From contig JAXGPF010000005.1 of assembly GCA_040767085.1 (NCBI GenBank), forward strand, positions 64,001-128,000: 64,000 nucleotides of DNA, written 5' to 3'. This document shows positions 20,819-31,051 of this stretch, one piece after another. The notes under the pieces were generated by a model. It had not been told where the DNA came from, ran no database searches, and saw only the letters and a list, made by a program, of their open reading frames with translations. The translations under genes were made by a program, and so were the position numbers. Source of the DNA: Kiritimatiellia bacterium. Lineage in GTDB: Bacteria > Verrucomicrobiota > Kiritimatiellia > JAAZAB01. Each line of letters starts with the position of its first letter. The stretch's first letter is position 1.

Positions 20819-22093
20819 TTATTCCCGCACCTGGCCGGCGCCGGCCACCACGTATTTGTACGTGGTCAATTCCTCCAGCCCCATCGGGCCGCGGGCATGC
20901 AGCTTGTCCGTGCTGATGCCGATTTCCGCGCCCATGCCGAACTCCCCGCCATCGGTGAACCGGGTGGAGGCGTTGACATAGACGGCGGCGGAATCCACCT
21001 CGCGGGTGAACAGGGCGGCCGCGCGGCGGCTGCGCGTGACAATGGCGTCGGAATGCCGCGAGCCGTATTGGTTGATGTGGTCAATCGCCTCCCGCGCGGA
21101 CGCCACCACGCGCACCGCCAGCACCAGGTCCAGGTATTCGGCATACCAGTCGGTTTCGTCCGCCGGCGCGATGTCCGGCGCCAGCCGGCGCGCGGCGTCA
21201 TCCCCGCGCAGTTCCACGCCGCGCTCTCTCAGCCGCGCGGCGGCGCGGGGAACGAAGGCTGCCGCGATGTCCTGGTGCACCAGCAGGGTTTCCATGGCGT
21301 TGCAGACGCCCGGGCGCTGGCACTTGGCATTTTCGACGATTTGCAGCGCCATGTCCGGGTCGGCGGACGCATCCACGAAGACATGGCAGACGCCCTTGTA
21401 ATGCTTGATCACCGGCACGCGCGCCAGCTCGGTGACCGCGCGGATCAGCGCCTCGCCGCCGCGGGGTATCACCACGTCCACCAGGCCTTCGAGCTGGACC
21501 AGTTCGCGCACCGCGGCGCGGTCGGAAGTATCCACCAGTTGGATGGCATGTTCGGGCAACCCCAGCGGCCGGCCGCCGTCCAGCATGGCCTTGACCAGCG
21601 CGGCGCTGGAACGCAGCGATTCATGGCCGCCGCGGAGGATCACGGCATTGCCGGTCTTGAAACACAAGGCGGCCGCGTCGGCAGTGACATTGGGACGCGA
21701 TTCGTAAATGATGGCGATCACGCCGATCGGCACGCGGATTTTCGATATTTTCAAGCCGTTGGGCCGGGTCCAGCGCCGGATGGATTTGCCCAGCGGATTC
21801 GGCAGCGCCGCCACCGTCCGGATGCCCTCGCTGATGCCCTGGAGCCGCTTTTCATCCAGGCGCAGCCGGTCCAGCATGGCGGCGGAAAGCCCGTTGCGCC
21901 GGCCGGCATCCATGTCGGCGGCATTGGCGGACAGGATGTCCGCACGGCTGTCAGCGATGCCGCCGGCCATGGCGGAGAGGATGGCATCCTGCCGCCGCGG
22001 CGTCAGCCGCGCCAGTGCGCGCGAAGCTGCCAGCGCGTTGCGGCCCATGGCGGTGATGATGGTCTTGATATCCTGTACAGTGTCGGTGTTCAT
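20819..22093 (-). CDS. proA: Gamma-glutamyl phosphate reductase
   Basis: IYESRPNVT, CNAMETLL, NASTRFTDG, STDKLHARGPMGL. Confidence 0.96.
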   Translation of the reverse strand: MNTDTVQDIKTIITAMGRNALAASRALARLTPRRQDAILSAMAGGIADSRADILSANAADMDAGRRNGLSAAMLDRLRLDEKRLQGISEGIRTVAALPNPLGKSIRRWTRPNGLKISKIRVPIGVIAIIYESRPNVTADAAALCFKTGNAVILRGGHESLRSSAALVKAMLDGGRPLGLPEHAIQLVDTSDRAAVRELVQLEGLVDVVIPRGGEALIRAVTELARVPVIKHYKGVCHVFVDASADPDMALQIVENAKCQRPGVCNAMETLLVHQDIAAAFVPRAAARLRERGVELRGDDAARRLAPDIAPADETDWYAEYLDLVLAVRVVASAREAIDHINQYGSRHSDAIVTRSRRAAALFTREVDSAAVYVNASTRFTDGGEFGMGAEIGISTDKLHARGPMGLEELTTYKYVVAGAGQVRE

Positions 22094-22105
22094 GGCTAAA
22101 CCTCG

Positions 22106-23356
22106 TTATGCATATTCCGCCGCCGTCTCCGCGGCCACCCGGGCCCACTCCCAAAGCCGCTGCGGCTGGTGGCCGACCGTGCTGATATCCTTGAGGATTA
22201 TTTCTACGGGGCACTCGCGCACGCGGTCGAGCACGCGGCGCAGATCGGCGCGCACGGCATCCGGGTTCCAATCCGGCGCGGCTACCAGGGCCGGATTGGC
22301 CTTATGGGAAAACACAAAATCCCGGCCGATATTATCCGCCGCCCGGTCGAGATCGATCCACGGACTCATGGAAATTGTGCGGAGCCTGGGAATCTTGCGC
22401 AGAATGTGCACCTTGTCGTGCAGCGGCTCGCAGCAGCCGTAATACACCAGGCCGAACCGTTTGAGGAATTTCAACTCGTATTGCAGCGCGAATTCATCGT
22501 GCATTTCCGGGGAAACGCTGGAAAATATCTGCGACATGGTGCGGCCCCACATGTCGCAGGGGCGCACGCGGCCGGGGACGTAACCCGGCGCGGGCAATTC
22601 GTCGCAGTAGCCGTAGCCGCCGCCGAGGTAGGTGTTGTCGTTGTTCAAGTCGAGCAGATTCAGCGCTTCGTACTGGTTGAACATGGCCAGGAAAGCGTCG
22701 GTCATGCGCCCGATCAGCCGGTGGACGTAGTCCGGACGCTCGTACATGTCTACCAGGATTTCCTCGACGCCGGTCAGGCGCACCAGGTAATCCCAGGGGG
22801 CGATGGAGGTTCCCTTGATGCCGGTCCGGCGCACCGGAATGACGCCTTCAAAAATTTCCGCCAGCAGGCGGAAGCGGGCGGCGGTGGTTTCCGGGTCATA
22901 CGTAATGACCGGATCCTTGATCTTGTCAATGTCGCGCTCGTCCCTGATCTGGATGTTGAAAGTGCGCGAGACAACGTCGCTGGCCGGATCGGTGCGTTCG
23001 ATGGAAACATCCTCTTTGATGCCGAATCCGGTGTTGCGGATCACCGGCGGGCAGGCAATGTAATCCTCCACCACCATGTCGCCCGGCATGTGCCGCCACT
23101 GGTAGATGGTGCGCCGCAGTCTGGTTTCCAGCCCCTGGAGGAACTTGTCGCCGGCGATCGTCGCGGCCAGTTCGCCATTGTATTCCATTTCATGCCATGG
23201 AATTTCAAAGATGAACACCGGCGGCCGCCCTCGCCGCAGCGCGTTGTTCCGACGCCACAAATCGCGCCGGATATTGTTGACCGGATCGTTGGCGATCTCG
23301 TGAAGCTGCCGCCCTAATTCACGGAGTGTTTGCCGGGCCTGGTCGTTCTGCTGCAT
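22106..23356 (-). CDS. Uroporphyrinogen decarboxylase/MtaA-like fold protein
   Basis: VSPEMHDEF, YYGCCEPLH, ISMSPW, EIILKDISTV typical of URO-D-like hypotheticals. Confidence 0.6.
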   Translation of the reverse strand: MQQNDQARQTLRELGRQLHEIANDPVNNIRRDLWRRNNALRRGRPPVFIFEIPWHEMEYNGELAATIAGDKFLQGLETRLRRTIYQWRHMPGDMVVEDYIACPPVIRNTGFGIKEDVSIERTDPASDVVSRTFNIQIRDERDIDKIKDPVITYDPETTAARFRLLAEIFEGVIPVRRTGIKGTSIAPWDYLVRLTGVEEILVDMYERPDYVHRLIGRMTDAFLAMFNQYEALNLLDLNNDNTYLGGGYGYCDELPAPGYVPGRVRPCDMWGRTMSQIFSSVSPEMHDEFALQYELKFLKRFGLVYYGCCEPLHDKVHILRKIPRLRTISMSPWIDLDRAADNIGRDFVFSHKANPALVAAPDWNPDAVRADLRRVLDRVRECPVEIILKDISTVGHQPQRLWEWARVAAETAAEYA

Positions 23357-23567
23357 ACGCCGCGCCGGCCCCGCGCAGTTGCCGCGGCAGCCGGCCCTCC
23401 TTTTTGATTTTCCAGTAATTCCGCGGAATCTCGTGCCCAAAACCATATCAAAAAAGATTCCAAAAGCGAGCCATGTTTTACGGCGGGAGCGTTTTAACAT
23501 GCCGCTTCACCCAGCCATTCATCCAGCCAGCGCGCTTTTTCACAGTCCATGGCTTCGCGGCGGCTTC

Positions 23568-24466
23568 TTACCATTCAACCTTGACGACAAAATCCTTCTC
23601 CGCCGACGCGCCCAGTCCTGGTGCTGACAATATGCCTTTACCAGCATCATACTTCCATCCCGTCATGGGCTGTCCGTTAACCATCACCGATTCTGGTTTG
23701 GCACAATGCACCAGCAATTGCCAACACCGGCGTTCCGACATACCGTCGTGGCCCTGGCGCGGCGCGACCGTCAGCGTCAGCACTTCTTTGCGTGGCGATT
23801 CCGAGCCGCGGCCAGCGCCCGCCTGCATGTCATTTTCAGACAGACCCGCGGATGCAGGCGATAAAGCCTGATGGATGTTTGTGGTCGCTATGGCCCCATT
23901 GCGCCAGGCTTCCGTCTCGCCATCATCCTCGTATAACACAAACGGCCCGGCGCGATTGCCGGGAAAGATTTCCAGTTCCAGCGTTTCCCGGGATTTATGT
24001 CCAAAATATTCCATGGCCGGCGCCCGGGGAATAATTGCTCCGGCGCGCGCGAACAGCACGCCGCCCCGGCCTTCCGGGGATTTTGCGGGGATATCCGCCG
24101 GGCCGTGCAGGCTTTCGCCGGTCCAGTAATCGAACCAGGCGCCGGCCGTTCCGGCAAATGCTTCGGCAATCAATTGCATTGCGCAAAGATCGAGCCGATC
24201 CGTCACGCCGGGCAAATGGCTGGCCGGGGCCAATTGCTCGACCTGCTTTAACAGGATTTCCATCAAGGGGGAAACGACGATCGTGCGGCACACCGGCTCG
24301 TCCATGACGGGGAAGGCGCGCCGGAACGCCGGCAGGAGCGCGCGGTCATAGGCGAAATAGAAGCCCTCGGCCATCCCGGTCGTGCCGGCGTCGTAAACTT
24401 TCCCGGGCACATTTACCGTTCAGATACGGAACGCGCACCCGGTATCCAAGCGGACATGCAAACATA
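23568..24466 (-). pseudogene. Chimeric remnant: AraC-like sensor-domain fragment fused to a GH31 glycosidase C-terminus
   Basis: C-half has WFDYWTG, LFARAGAIIP, LYEDDGET (GH31 C-terminal domains) but no catalytic barrel; N-half unrelated, with a probable frameshift near 24411. Confidence 0.6.
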
Positions 24467-24611
24467 TTCCGGCCCCCCCCGCCGGCCATGCGCAATAAAA
24501 CACACAAAAAAGCAAAATATTCCCATTGCAATCCATGGTTGAAAATCTAACATGACGGCTAATCGAATTTCTCTGCGGATCATGCTTCCTGATGAAAGCC
24601 GGCGTCCCGCC

Positions 24612-25913
24612 ATGAATCCAAAACCAGGTCGGCCAAGCATGCAACTCCAGGACATTGCCGGTAGACTGAGTGAATCCGTGAATCCCGCGGCTCTGGCGCC
24701 GCACTGGGCTGACACGCTGGCCGTTGACGGCAGCCGGCCGCCGGACTTCCTGCGGGCGGCGACGATCGTGGCACTCCGCCAGGCGTCCGGTCTGCCTCCG
24801 GCGGCTGATGCGCCGCTGCTGGCAACCGCCCGGCGCATCGCCGGGAATCCGGACTTGCGCCTGCTGGCGCGGCATTGTCACCGCCTGCTTTACGAGCATG
24901 CGGATTACAACCGGTTCAGCGCCTGGCCCTCGTTCCAAACCGCGCTGGGGGAAAATGCCGGCGTTTTTTACCTGCTGATCCTCCTGGCGGCGGCCCCGCT
25001 GATCCGGACGCAACACCGCCGGCGGAACATCCCGGAGGAAATTACCCGCGCTACCTGCGACAGGCGGGATGCGGTCGAACGTTACCGCGCCACCCATCAG
25101 GGCCGATGGGGCGCCGATCGCCGCAGTCTGTATTGGACCAGGTTTTACACTAACGGCGACTTGTACCGCCTGGGCCGCATGGAATACATGCTGCGCCGAT
25201 TCAAAGGGCTGGTCGAAGTTTACCGCCACGCGCGGACCGGCGCAACCGTCGCATTCGCGCCCGACGGCGCGCTGTATGATGCACAGGGACTGGCGGTGAA
25301 ACCCGCGGACGGCGCCGCCCCTCCGCCCGGAACCTGGACCGCCAGGCTGACGATTGCCGGCGGTCACATACAAGGGCACCCGATCCTGCCGGAAGGCGCC
25401 GCCATGCCGCGTCAAATCCGCCTGCCGGCCGAAGCCTGGCGGCGCGCCCTGGGCAAGGACGACTGGACCATGGACATGCACATTCCGCCCGGCGGCGGCA
25501 TGATCCTGGAAATTTGCAGGGCCTCCATGCGCCAGGCGGCGGATTTTTTCCCGCGCTATTTTCCCGACCGGCCGGCGGCATCCATCACCTGCGCCTCCTG
25601 GATTTTCAATACGCAATTGGACGGCATCTTCGCCCCGGAAGCCAATTTAGTGCGCTTCCAACGCGAACTGTACCTGTACCCCGTTCCCTCCACCGGCCGG
25701 GATGGGCTGGTGTTCATCTTCGGCCAGGACGATCCCCGGCCGGATACCGCGCCGCGCGAAACGCGCCTGCAGCGGGCCATCCTGGACTTCCTGGCGCAGG
25801 GCAACCGGTGGCGCAATGGCGGCATGTTTTTTTTGGCGGCGGATTTGCCCCATTTCGGGCAAAGCTGGTACCGCGGCCCGGGGCGCGCCGCGGAATTGCA
25901 GGGATTGCTTTAA
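24612..25913 (+). CDS. Acyltransferase-domain protein (DUF5596/GNAT-like)
   Basis: LYRLGRMEY, DMHIPPGG, CASWIF, NLVRFQ motifs; start uncertain. Confidence 0.7.
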   Translation: MNPKPGRPSMQLQDIAGRLSESVNPAALAPHWADTLAVDGSRPPDFLRAATIVALRQASGLPPAADAPLLATARRIAGNPDLRLLARHCHRLLYEHADYNRFSAWPSFQTALGENAGVFYLLILLAAAPLIRTQHRRRNIPEEITRATCDRRDAVERYRATHQGRWGADRRSLYWTRFYTNGDLYRLGRMEYMLRRFKGLVEVYRHARTGATVAFAPDGALYDAQGLAVKPADGAAPPPGTWTARLTIAGGHIQGHPILPEGAAMPRQIRLPAEAWRRALGKDDWTMDMHIPPGGGMILEICRASMRQAADFFPRYFPDRPAASITCASWIFNTQLDGIFAPEANLVRFQRELYLYPVPSTGRDGLVFIFGQDDPRPDTAPRETRLQRAILDFLAQGNRWRNGGMFFLAADLPHFGQSWYRGPGRAAELQGLL

Positions 25914-25952
25914 GTCCAGGCCTGAGCCGGCGGCTGCGCGCCGGCGGCGCGG

Positions 25953-26807
25953 CTACACGCGGAGCATGCCGGGCGGATACCCGAAATGCTTGCGGAAAAC
26001 TTTGACGAAATAACGGCTGTCATGGTATCCCGCCGCGCGCGCGGCCTCCTCCACGTTGACCGCGCCGTGGCTCAGCATGGTTTTTGCCTGCGTCATGCGC
26101 ACTTTGGTCAGGAACGACATCAGGGAACAACGCATTTCGGCGCGGAAGATATGCGATAGATAATAACCGCTGACGCCCAGCGCCCGCGCCACATGGCTCA
26201 GTGTCAGGGGGTCGCGGTAATGCGTGCTGATATAAACCCGCGCGCGCTGCACCAGGATGCGTTTCCGCAAGCTTTCGCCGCGCGCCTCGGGTTTGGCGCC
26301 GCTGCCCCAATCCAGGCTGTCCCGGGCCATGACCTGCAGCAGGGTCAGGAGCCGGGACTGCGCCACCCGCAGGTCGGGGGGGCGGCCCCATGCCAGGTCG
26401 CCCTGCATGGATTCGATCAGGGCCGCCGCTTCGCACCGACCGCGCGCGGAGCGGATTTTACAGGGAACCGGCGCCAGGGCCGCCAGGAAGGATTTGCCGA
26501 CCGGCCAGGCGAAACCGATTTCAAAGACTTCCAGCCCCTTGACGCAGTCAAACTGGTCGCGATGCGCCAGTGAGCCGGGGATCAGGATCGTATCGCCGGG
26601 CTTGAGGCGCGTGCGGCTCCGCCGGGTGATCACGCAATTCTCGCCGTGAAACACATGCAGCAGTTCGTAGTTGTCGGCGCTGGCCCCGCCATGCATGGCG
26701 CGCGCGGAAATCGGCCCAAAACGCATCCGGCACATCATCCGGATTTCCGGCAGACCATCCACCTGCTGCCAGGCGGCCGTCAATGCTTGGCGTTTTGAAA
26801 TATTCAC
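25953..26807 (-). CDS. AraC family transcriptional regulator
   Basis: N-terminal cupin-like region; C-terminal HTH AGYHDSRYFVKVFRKHFGYPP. Confidence 0.9.
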   Translation of the reverse strand: MNISKRQALTAAWQQVDGLPEIRMMCRMRFGPISARAMHGGASADNYELLHVFHGENCVITRRSRTRLKPGDTILIPGSLAHRDQFDCVKGLEVFEIGFAWPVGKSFLAALAPVPCKIRSARGRCEAAALIESMQGDLAWGRPPDLRVAQSRLLTLLQVMARDSLDWGSGAKPEARGESLRKRILVQRARVYISTHYRDPLTLSHVARALGVSGYYLSHIFRAEMRCSLMSFLTKVRMTQAKTMLSHGAVNVEEAARAAGYHDSRYFVKVFRKHFGYPPGMLRV

Positions 26808-26858
26808 CCATCCCCTATGCTAAATTCCGCGCTAAAGATCAAGTTATTTCTGACCGCC

Positions 26859-28244
26859 TGTCGTAAACAAATGACTTGGCCGCATAATTAACAAATGATT
26901 TGTCCGCTTAAAGCTGTCAGGATGGTGCATTCAAAGGGGGGTTATATGGATGAATATCCGAAGGCAGCACTGGAGCGGGCAATGAAGGTACAGGAAGTGA
27001 TCTTGCGTGCGATTGAAGGGCGGTTAATGTGGTGGGAGGCGGCGGAGATACTAGGTGTGAGCTACCGGACCATGCGGCGCTGGAAAGGGCGCTACGAGCG
27101 GTATGGTTACGACGGGCTGCTGGATCGTCGGCGGAAGATACCGGGGCCGCGGCGCGTGCCCCTTGCGACGGTGAAGCAGGTGCTGAGGTTGTACCGAGAA
27201 GAATACATGGATTTCAATGTGAGGCATTTTCACGAGAAGCTGCAGGCGGAGCATGGGATCGAGCTCAGTTATCAGTGGGTCAAGAGCGCCTTGCAGACGG
27301 CCGGGTTGGTGGCGAAGGCCCGGAAACGAGGGCCGCATCGGCAGCAGCGGGAACGGCGACCAATGGCGGGGATGATGTTGATGGTGGATGGCAGCACCCA
27401 TGCCTGGTTGCCCCTGCTGGCGGGCCAGAAGCAGGATCTGATCCTGGTGATGGACGATGCCACCAGCGAAGTCTACACGGCCTATCTTGTGCCCCAGGAA
27501 GGGACATTAACGGTGATGAAGGGGTTGAAAGAAGTCATTATTAAACATGGGGTTTTCTGCAGTCTGTACACGGATCGTGGCAGTCATTTCTTTTATACGC
27601 CCAAAGAAGGCGGGGCGGTGGACCGGCGTCAATTGACGCAAATTGGACGGGCGTTGCAACAGTTGGGGATCGAACATATTCCGAGCTATAGCCCCCAGGG
27701 ACGTGGGCGAATAGAGCGGATGTTTAAGACCTGGCAAGGGCGCCTGCCGCAGGAATTAAGGCAGGCGGGAATCCGGACGATGGCCGAGGCCAACGTCTAT
27801 ATTCAACAACAGTTTCTGCCTTCCTTCAATCGCAACATGAAGGTGAAGGCGCGGGAAACAGGAACGTGTTTCGTGCCTTGCGGTGAGCAGGATTTGGACA
27901 GCATTTTCTGTGTGCAGCATGCGCGAGAGGTTCAAAATGACAATACCGTGGCTGTCGGGAGTCGCCGCTTGCAGATTGGACCATCAAAATGGCGTTTCAG
28001 CTTCGCCAAGTGCCGGGTTAAAGTCTGCGAGCACCTCGATGGCACGGTGTCCATCCGTTATGGCCCGCATGTGGTTGGCCGCTACCAAGGACCGTTGAAC
28101 ATTTCGGCGTCGCTGGAGGACGTCGCATAAACTTTTTCCTCCCCCGCGGGGGAGGAAAATCCTCACCCCAGGAGCAACAACACACAATAACAAATCGGAC
28201 AGATCACTTGTTACAAAAAGCGGACACTTGACTTGTTACGAACA
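26859..28244 (+). mobile_element. Insertion sequence, IS1202 family, copy 2, 1386 bp
   Basis: TGTCGTAAAC...TTACGAACA; 16-bp direct repeat GTTATTTCTGACCGCC at 26843-26858 and 28245-28260. Confidence 0.92.
26946..28130 (+). CDS. DDE transposase, identical protein to copy 1
   Basis: Same translation as 9043-10227, including the alternative-frame ORFs in the track. Confidence 0.92.
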   Translation: MDEYPKAALERAMKVQEVILRAIEGRLMWWEAAEILGVSYRTMRRWKGRYERYGYDGLLDRRRKIPGPRRVPLATVKQVLRLYREEYMDFNVRHFHEKLQAEHGIELSYQWVKSALQTAGLVAKARKRGPHRQQRERRPMAGMMLMVDGSTHAWLPLLAGQKQDLILVMDDATSEVYTAYLVPQEGTLTVMKGLKEVIIKHGVFCSLYTDRGSHFFYTPKEGGAVDRRQLTQIGRALQQLGIEHIPSYSPQGRGRIERMFKTWQGRLPQELRQAGIRTMAEANVYIQQQFLPSFNRNMKVKARETGTCFVPCGEQDLDSIFCVQHAREVQNDNTVAVGSRRLQIGPSKWRFSFAKCRVKVCEHLDGTVSIRYGPHVVGRYQGPLNISASLEDVA

Positions 28245-28271
28245 GTTATTTCTGACCGCCTCGCAAAACCC

Positions 28272-28300
28272 TTGCCCGCTCCCGATCGGTTTGTTATAAG
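28272..28300 (+). promoter_or_regulatory. Putative sigma70 promoter for the gene at 28345
   Basis: TTGCCC-17 bp-TATAAG with an extended -10 TG. Confidence 0.5.
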
Positions 28301-28344
28301 CTCGGGTCAAAATCAAAACAAGACAATCCCGCGGAAATTAACAA

Positions 28345-29931
28345 ATGACCCATCCGACCATCCTGCAATTACTGGCCGCCCTGGCGATCGTGGGCGCGCT
28401 GGCCAAGGGAGAAGAACCCGCCATGACAGACACCGATCACGTCTTGCACGTGAAAAAATCCGGCCCATCCCTGGTGCTGCGCAGCCGGTTTGCGCCCGGC
28501 CGCGACCTGGCGCTGACCGTTGGCTTGGGGTCCAACCGCCAGATAAATTTCCAGCAGGCGTTCTGGCTGGATGCCGGCATGGCGCTGGACCTGACCGAGG
28601 TCCGGCACGGCACGCTGCTGCACGGGTGCGGCGATGACAGCACGCCCTGGAACATCAACGGCACCTATATCGGCGCCAACCACGGCTGTTCCGACATCCG
28701 CGAGGTGGCGCAGCCCCGGCATGGACTGACGGATGCGGCGTTGGGCGGCGCCTGGCGCGACAGCGCCGGCAATGCATTTTTCCTGATCCATATTCCCACC
28801 CCCGATACGCTCTGGTTCTTGAGCGACAATGCCGGTTCCAAAACCATCTGGAAATTCAACACCAAACTGGCCGGCCCGATCCTGACCAATGCCGCATCCG
28901 GCGCTACGCTGGCTTTCCAGGAATGCCGCATGGCGCAACTCCGTCCTGCCTGCCGCATCCGCCGCCAGGCCTATCTGCTCAACGGCCAGATCCCGTTGCC
29001 GGAAAATCAATGGACCGCCGGCGCTTTTCTCGAAATTGCCGAGGAATACGACATTATCAATCCCGGATCATTACTGGAGGATATCCGCGCCCATCCCGGC
29101 CAGGCGCGCGACTGGACCGCGCCGCATCTGGAAGGCGTCATCGCCAATCGGATCGTTTACCGGTTTTACCCCGGCGGCGCAACCGTGGTCCGGCACGTCA
29201 GCCGCGCCCTGCAGGAATTTCAAATGGGGTACATGGGATTCGTGCAATCGGCCAAATTACATCAGGGCCAGTTCGAGACGCATGAGTATTACATTCCCAA
29301 GACCCGCCCTTTCACCCTGGCCGGCATCGCCTATGACTTCCAAGCCATCCAGGACTATTCCCAAAAACTGCCCCAATCCCTGCATTTCGGCGCCGCCTAC
29401 GGCAACCTGGCGGACACGAACGATCCGCCCGGCCGGTTTATCCAGCTCCTGGGTGCTCGCGCCGGCGGCGGCACGATCCGCAAGTTCGGTTATGCCCTGG
29501 GCTATTCGCCGGTCAACGGCCTGACCCGGCGCGGCGAACGCGCGCGCCATGCGGAAACGGCGATAAATTTGTACACCACGAGCAAATCCTATCCGCACGC
29601 CGTGGACCGCCAATTCGGCCTGGTCGTTCCCGCCGGCACGGAATTCGACTGCACCGCTTACCGTCAGTATTTCGATCCGGCGGCTTTCCCTGGCGCCACT
29701 TGCGTTTATTGGCATCCGGATGGCGGCGCAATCATGCTTTACATTGATTACCACCGGGCGGCGGAACGGGACGTGCTGCGGCTGCCGGACTCCTTGACCG
29801 GCAAGCGGCTGGAAATCATTGAAAAAACGCCGTCCTTGACCCTGCATACCGGCGGGACCGTTCCCGCGGACGGCCTGGCGGTTTCCGTGTCGGAGGCCGG
29901 CGGCAGCCTGGCCGTCCGCCTGTCCGATTGA
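28345..29931 (+). CDS. Secreted hypothetical protein (528 aa)
   Basis: Signal-peptide-like N-terminus; beta-rich body; motif DDSTPWNINGTYIGANHG. Confidence 0.7.
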   Translation: MTHPTILQLLAALAIVGALAKGEEPAMTDTDHVLHVKKSGPSLVLRSRFAPGRDLALTVGLGSNRQINFQQAFWLDAGMALDLTEVRHGTLLHGCGDDSTPWNINGTYIGANHGCSDIREVAQPRHGLTDAALGGAWRDSAGNAFFLIHIPTPDTLWFLSDNAGSKTIWKFNTKLAGPILTNAASGATLAFQECRMAQLRPACRIRRQAYLLNGQIPLPENQWTAGAFLEIAEEYDIINPGSLLEDIRAHPGQARDWTAPHLEGVIANRIVYRFYPGGATVVRHVSRALQEFQMGYMGFVQSAKLHQGQFETHEYYIPKTRPFTLAGIAYDFQAIQDYSQKLPQSLHFGAAYGNLADTNDPPGRFIQLLGARAGGGTIRKFGYALGYSPVNGLTRRGERARHAETAINLYTTSKSYPHAVDRQFGLVVPAGTEFDCTAYRQYFDPAAFPGATCVYWHPDGGAIMLYIDYHRAAERDVLRLPDSLTGKRLEIIEKTPSLTLHTGGTVPADGLAVSVSEAGGSLAVRLSD

Positions 29932-30003
29932 ACCAGCGTCTGCCGGCCGGCGCCGTCCTGGCTGAGGGGATCCGGCCGGTTCGCGCCCCGGCGCGCCATT
30001 GAT

Positions 30004-31011
30004 TTGACCATCATGATTCCCGAACAACTGACATTACGCGGCATAACCTTCCCATCGGCGTTGTTCTGCGCGCCGATGGTCGGCATCACGCATTCCGCCT
30101 TCCGCCGCCTGCTGTCGGAATTCGGCGGGTACGGCGCCCTCTTCACTGAAATGCTGTCCGCCCCGGCCTTGCTCCACGAAAGCCCGACTTATTCCACTTT
30201 CATCCGCAAGCGGCCGGCGGAAGGGCCGGTCATTTATCAATTACTGCTGAATGGCAGCGAGGATTTACCGGCAGTGCTCGACAAGGCCGCCGCCTGCGGG
30301 CCGGCCGGCATTGACCTTAATTGCGGCTGCGGCGCGCCGGATGCCCGGCGCATCGGCGGCGGCACGGCCCTGTTTGACGATCCGCCGCGCCTGCGCGCCA
30401 TCCTCGCCGGCCTGCGCCGGCATCATGCCGGGCTGCTGACGGTTAAAATCCGGCTGGGCCAGACGCGGCTGGACTGGCGGGAGCGCTTCCGCCATGCGCT
30501 GAAACTTTTCGAAGACGCCGGCGTGGACGCGGTGATCCTGCACCCGCGCTTTTCCGACGAGAAATTAAAACGCTCCGCCCGGCACGAGTTGTTTCCCTGG
30601 GCCGCCGGGCAGACCCGCCTGCCCCTGATTGCCAACGGCGATATCACCGGCCCCGACACCATTGCCCGGCATCCCGAATACTTCGCCGGCGCCGCCGGCA
30701 TCATGCTCGGCCGCATGGCGGCGGCGCGGCCGTGGATTTTTCACGCCTGGCGCAACCCGGGCTACGCGCCGGATTATACCGCGGTCTGGTCGCGATTATA
30801 CGACTACATCATGGAGGATTTTCTGCCAGGCCGCGCCTTATCGCGCCTGAAAATTTTCACGGCCTATTATGCCCGGAATTTTCTTTTCGGCCACACGCTC
30901 TTCACCGCCGCGCGCAGCGCCCGGACCGAAACCGAATTGCGCGAACGCGCCCTGCTGTTCCTGGCCAACCGCCCGACGGTCGTCAACCAGCCGACCCTGT
31001 CCGGCATCTGA
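30004..31011 (+). CDS. dus: tRNA-dihydrouridine synthase family protein
   Basis: APMVGIT, FTEM, IDLNCGC, TVKIRLG, IANGDI, MLGR. Confidence 0.88.
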   Translation: MTIMIPEQLTLRGITFPSALFCAPMVGITHSAFRRLLSEFGGYGALFTEMLSAPALLHESPTYSTFIRKRPAEGPVIYQLLLNGSEDLPAVLDKAAACGPAGIDLNCGCGAPDARRIGGGTALFDDPPRLRAILAGLRRHHAGLLTVKIRLGQTRLDWRERFRHALKLFEDAGVDAVILHPRFSDEKLKRSARHELFPWAAGQTRLPLIANGDITGPDTIARHPEYFAGAAGIMLGRMAAARPWIFHAWRNPGYAPDYTAVWSRLYDYIMEDFLPGRALSRLKIFTAYYARNFLFGHTLFTAARSARTETELRERALLFLANRPTVVNQPTLSGI

Positions 31012-31051
31012 ACGCGGCCTGGAAGCCTCCATCGCTTCCGCGCGGATTCAT

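Noticed and set aside
8929-28244. Composite transposon carrying pur/his/smc
   Set aside because: Each IS has its own distinct target duplication, no shared duplication flanks the whole block, and the cargo is core genes
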